The translations under genes were made by a program, and so were the position numbers. A DNA stretch of 23,991 nt from Chiloscyllium plagiosum. Its lineage: Eukaryota. Each line of letters begins with the position of its first letter. Position 1 is the first letter of the stretch. Location: assembly GCF_004010195.1 (NCBI RefSeq), contig NC_057720.1, positions 4,761,426 to 4,785,416 on the forward strand, given 5' to 3'. Shown piece after piece: positions 19,615 through 23,991 of the stretch. Below the pieces are notes generated by a model, which was not told the origin of the DNA, did no database searches, and saw only the letters and a program-made list of their open reading frames with translations.

Positions 19615-20232
19615 AAAGTCATAGAGATGTTCAGCACAGAATCAGACTCTTCAGTCCAACTCAGTCATACTGACCAGATATCCTAAATTAATCTAGCCCC
19701 ATTTTCCAGCACTTGGCCCATATCCCTCTAAACCCTTCCTATTCATATACCCATCCAGATACCTTTTAAATGTTGCAATTGTACCAGCCTGCATCACTTC
19801 CTCTGGCAACTCATTCTATACACGTACCACCCTCTGCGTGAAAAGGTCGCCCCTTAGGTCCCTTTTATATCTTTCCTCTCTCTCCCTAAACCTATGCCCT
19901 CTAGTTCTGGACTCCCCCACCCCAGGAAAAAGATCTTGTCTATTTATCCTACCCATGCCCCTCATGATTTTATAAATCTCTATAAGGTGATCTCTAGCCT
20001 CCGGTGCTCCAGGGAAAACAGCCCCAGCCTGTTCAGCCTCTCCCTGTAGCTCAAATCCTCCAATCCTGGCAACATCTTTGTAATTTTTTTCTGATCCCTT
20101 TCAAGTTTCACAACACATTTTTGATAGGAGGGAGACCAGAATTGCACGCAATATTCCAACAGTGGCCTAACCAATGCCCTGTACAACTGCAACATGACCT
20201 CCCAACTCCTGTACTCAATACAGTGGCCAACA
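19615..20232 (-). mobile_element. CR1 LINE 3' fragment
   Basis: Peptide MLQLYRALVRPLLEYCVQFWSPSYQK..LPGLEDLSYRERLNRLGLFSLE. Confidence 0.92.
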
Positions 20233-20324
20233 AAGTGTTAGCCTTCAGTGAATTATAGACCAGGAAACCTACCTTTTATGAGAAGAAGTGCAGGAAATCC
20301 CTAAGGCTCTTTGTACAAAACAGT

Positions 20325-20622
20325 CCAACCCACGACCACGTCCATCTGGGAGGACAAGGGCAGCAGGTTCATGGGAACATCACCGTCTCTAAATTTCCCT
20401 CCAAGCCATTCACCATCTTCACTTGGAAATATATTGCGTCCCTTCATTGTTGCTGGGTCAAAATCCTGGAATTCTCTCCCTAAGGCCACTGTGGGTGTCC
20501 CTACAACAAAAGATCTGCAGCAGTTCCAGAAGGCAGCTCACCACCACTTTATCTAGAGTTTTTGTAAATGGTTGACAAAGGCTGGCTCAGCCACTGATGC
20601 CCACAACCCAAGAGTGAATAAA
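20325..20622 (+). mobile_element. L2/CR1-clade LINE 3' fragment
   Basis: Peptide RPFIVAGSKSWNSLPKATVG..LQQFQKAAHHHF. Same family as 2935-3225. Confidence 0.72.
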
Positions 20623-20920
20623 ATACACTCAGGCCCCTTTGCACACTTACATTTTTTTCTACTCTCTATCCATTTAAGAAGTACATTGCACATCTGGTCG
20701 TCTTACCAAATTGGACAACCTCTAATTTTACCTCTAATTGAATTCGTTTCCTACTAAAACCTGTAGCTGATCCAGTACAGCTATGTAAGAATGACATCAC
20801 TGGTGCTGAAGCCCTATCGTTCTGTACTTGTCTGGTTTGTTTTAAACGGAGGCATCATCTGACCTTTCGAACAGATATGGCTTATACTTCTCCCTCAAAC
20901 AACGCTCAAAACAAATGATC

Positions 20921-21032
20921 GGGGCTTTTGTGATGCAGTGGTAGTGTCCCTGATTCTGAGCCAGGAAACACAGCTTCAAGTCCCACTTGCTTCAGATGTG
21001 CATAATAATATCCCTAAACAGGTTAATTAAAA
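20921..21032 (+). mobile_element. Short degraded tRNA-derived SINE
   Basis: gtgatgcagtggtagtgtccct (A-box-like), ttcaagtccca (B-box-like) and an A-rich end. Confidence 0.5.
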
Positions 21033-21282
21033 ACAAAGTAAATGATCTAGTCCATTTGTTTGTAGGACTTTATTGCATGTAAATTGGCAGTGAAAATGGT
21101 GATTTGTAATTGGGTACTACTCAGTTTGCGGAATTTCTGCTAGAATTCAATTGTATCTTACACAAGCGAAACAGCCATTTAACCCAAATATCTGTGCCTG
21201 TCTCATGCTCTACACAGACATTAGTCCCATCTTTCCATGTCGTTTCTAATAATAATAATTTCACTATCATGTGTTAATCATG

Positions 21283-21883
21283 TGTCACAATACTGTTTCT
21301 GTTACGAGGTTACTGTGTCCTTGAGTTTTTTTTTCAGAGAAGGGGTAATTGGCCACGCTCCAAGATGGAATGGTTCATGAGGGCTTTCTGTTTACCCTAA
21401 CAGATAATACCTCCAGCTTAAGACTTAAATGTCTTATATAAAAGCAAAATCAAAGGGGAGCGGCCAGCTAGCTACGCAGCTAGCCTTCATTTGAGGTTAG
21501 GGATTTTCTCAGTTCAGAACTTTAGTTCAGTTACAGCAGGGGATGTGCGAAACCTGTTGGACTTCTCTCTGTCCTTGCAAACTGTAAGCCTTTGTTTGAT
21601 TTTACCTTTTGTGTTAAAAGGTACGTGAATTTGGATGGTTGAAAGTATTTTCAAAGCAGCATCATTATGTTGGGTTTGGATAGGATTAGTTATCCGATAT
21701 TCTGTTTTCTGTTCTTTGTGTTTCCTCCCGTAATTTTGTAAATAAATTCTGTTTGTTTAAAACTCGGCAGTTGACCCAGCTAATTTACACCAGAATATCC
21801 ATAACTAGCTAAGCAAATAGCAAAGTTACGGTCTGCGCTAACTGCTTAAAAACGTTTTGAGGAGTCTGGCCTAATGCAACACA
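21283..21883 (+). mobile_element. Putative solo LTR
   Basis: TG...CA ends flanked by CATG on both sides (21279-21282 and 21884-21887). Internal TATAAAA at 21437 and AATAAA at 21741. About 600 bp. Confidence 0.45.
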
Positions 21884-21914
21884 CATGCTTCCTCCGAAAT
21901 GCATCAATGCTTTT

Positions 21915-22412
21915 TGGTCTGGAAGGATATTCTTGCGTTGGAGACTGTCCTGCAAAGATTCACTAAATTACTCTGGGTATAGGGAAATGGGCAGTAGGTC
22001 TCCCATAATAAGAAGTTCAGTAAACTGGACAGATATTCTCTAGGGTTTAGATGATTGAGAGGTGATCTCGTCAAAATAAGTCAGATTCTGAAGGGGTTTC
22101 ACAGGGTCGATGCTGAGAGATTATTTCTGCTGGTTAAGGTACTGACAACACTGGGGCAGAATCCCAGAATAAGGGCCGATCATTTAGGACAGATATGAGA
22201 AATATTTTCACTCAAAGAGGAGTGGATTTTTTGAAATTCTTTCCACCAGAGGATTGTAGATAGTCTGTCACTGAATATATTTAAGGCTGCAATAGATTTT
22301 ATTTTGTTTTGGTGACCTGGGGAATCAAAAGGAGACAAAGAGCGAGTGGGAAAGCAGAGTTGAAACTCGAGATCAACCATGGTCATAGTGAATAACTGAG
22401 CAGGCTCCATGA
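21915..22412 (+). mobile_element. Old CR1 3' fragment
   Basis: aaggatattcttgcgttggag..aagattcacta..gagaggtgatctc..ttttcactcaaagag..tcaaccatggtcatagtgaat. Confidence 0.7.
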
Positions 22413-23414
22413 GGTATGAGTGTCATGTGGTCAGCATTGAGAAGGTGGAATGGGCCAATGTAGTATGAGCTGAGTCAGAAGGGTCTTTCACATGAAGTTG
22501 TTTCAGAATATTCCTGTAAAAAGCAAAGATGGACCATTCAAATCCAGGATGCTCTACATGCCTAAGGAAATGTTGGATAAAGTGACAGAGAAAAAGGTGT
22601 TTTTATGACAAGCAAACGTTTAGGATACAGTAGGAAGAAAAACATAGGCAGAATCTGAATGCGGCAGGAAACTAAAAAAATCATTTTACAAGAAAGAAAG
22701 GGAGAACTAATTTAAAAGTTGGAGTGTACCATAATATTTTTATGGGTTACTAACATATTTCACAGAGAGATCAGGGAATCTTCAGCTGGTAACAGTGTGA
22801 GTGCCAAAGAGCGCGAGTGGGGTTGAAGATGAGGGAGTGGAGATATCAGATAGAACAAAGACAAAGCAGCTGGATAGGAGTTAACTTCACTTAAATGATG
22901 CAGTACCAGGTCCATGTGGATTGAATCCTTGGTTGCTAAGGGCTAGGGGGTTGGAAATAACAGTACTTCTTGAATAAATTTCTCCTTGTGTCAGTCCTAA
23001 ATGGCCTTTCCTGTATTCTTAATGTTCCTTAAATGCTGTGCTAAGGGACTCATTGCACAGCTCTTTAGAGTTGGTGCAAGCAGCTGGCCTGAGGAGGTGG
23101 TCCCATCACCTTCCAAATTCGACAATTAGGAGGAGTATTTGGTGTGACTTGGCGTGAATCATAGCCTGTACTCACCCTATAATTGGGAGCAGGTCTTTGT
23201 CCTCTCTGATCCTTTCAAATCTTCCCCTACACTCCCGCCTCTCCCAGTGACTCAGAAAATGCCGACTCTGGCACAGGCACTGCTGGCGTTTACCTCTCTC
23301 TGTTTGCAGATATAAAATGATTCTTTTGTTCTTATGCTGGATCTTTAATGACTAATTCCTATGAGCCGCTCTTCAGTGTCTTGGGTGGTAAGTCAGAACT
23401 ACTTAAGAATGAAG

Positions 23415-23576
23415 ATAGAATAGAATCCTTACAGTGCAGAAAGAGGCCACTCAGCCCATTGGGTCTGCACCAACACACCAAAAAGCATCCCACTCTAACC
23501 TGGAGCATTGACCATGTCTAATCCACCTAACCTGCACATCCCTGGACACTACAGGGAAATTTAGCATGCGCAATCT
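23415..23576 (-). mobile_element. SINE 3' fragment
   Basis: tagaatccttacagtgcagaaagaggcc..aatccacctaacctgcacatc..aatttagcatg. Confidence 0.65.
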
Positions 23577-23579
23577 GCT

Positions 23580-23991
23580 CATAGAACATAGAAGAATACA
23601 GCGCAGTACAGGCCCTTTGGCCCTCGATGTTGCGCCGATCCAAACCCACCTAACCTATACTAACCCACTATCCTCCATATACCTATCCAATGCCCGCTTA
23701 AATGCCCATAAAGAGGGAGAGTCCACCACTGCTACTGGCAGGGCATTCCATGAACTGACGACTCGCTGAGTGAAGAACCTACCCATAACTTCAGTCCTAT
23801 ATCTACCCCCCCCACCTTAATTTATAGCTATGCCCTCTTGTAATACCCGACTCCATACGCGGGAAAAGGTTCACACTGTCAACCCTATCTAACCCCCTAA
23901 TCATCTTGTACACCTCAATCAAGTCACCCCTAAACCTTCTTTTCTCTAATGAAAACAGCCCCAAGTGCCTCAGTCTTTCCTCATACGATCT
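23580..23991 (-). mobile_element. CR1 LINE 3' end, continuing past the window edge
   Basis: (CATAGAA)n tail end, acaggccctttggccc, and ORF2 C-terminus on the minus strand (YEERLRHLGLFSLEKRRFRGDLIEVYKMIRGLDRVD). Confidence 0.88.

Noticed and set aside
23290..23325. Polypyrimidine tract plus CAG as the acceptor of G-gamma exon 2
   Set aside because: The following sequence (ATA TAA) stops immediately in phase 0 and does not encode VS(Q/K)AAA.

Overview
Eukaryotic, repeat-dense DNA. The repeat families point to a cartilaginous fish, probably a shark (inference). The only host gene I can support is the first coding exon of a heterotrimeric G-protein gamma subunit (7218-7298, +; 27 codons then a GT donor), which the ORF track misses. 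Its second exon was not found, so the rest of the window is probably its intron. Upstream are a ~3.5 kb CT/GT-rich minisatellite (with a 167-N gap and an inverted block) and a unique island with two perfect CRE sites. The remainder is decayed CR1/L2 LINE fragments, tRNA-derived SINEs and a possible solo LTR. The most striking signal is nine short insertions carrying minimal type-I hammerhead ribozyme cores (CTGAnGA-A-stemII-GAAA-palindrome-NUH), likely derived from Penelope-like elements. Several fold back into hairpins, five have 9-14 bp target-site duplications, and one carries an inverted copy of neighbouring genomic DNA. Repeat boundaries were read by eye and are approximate; family names come from recalled motifs, not database searches.
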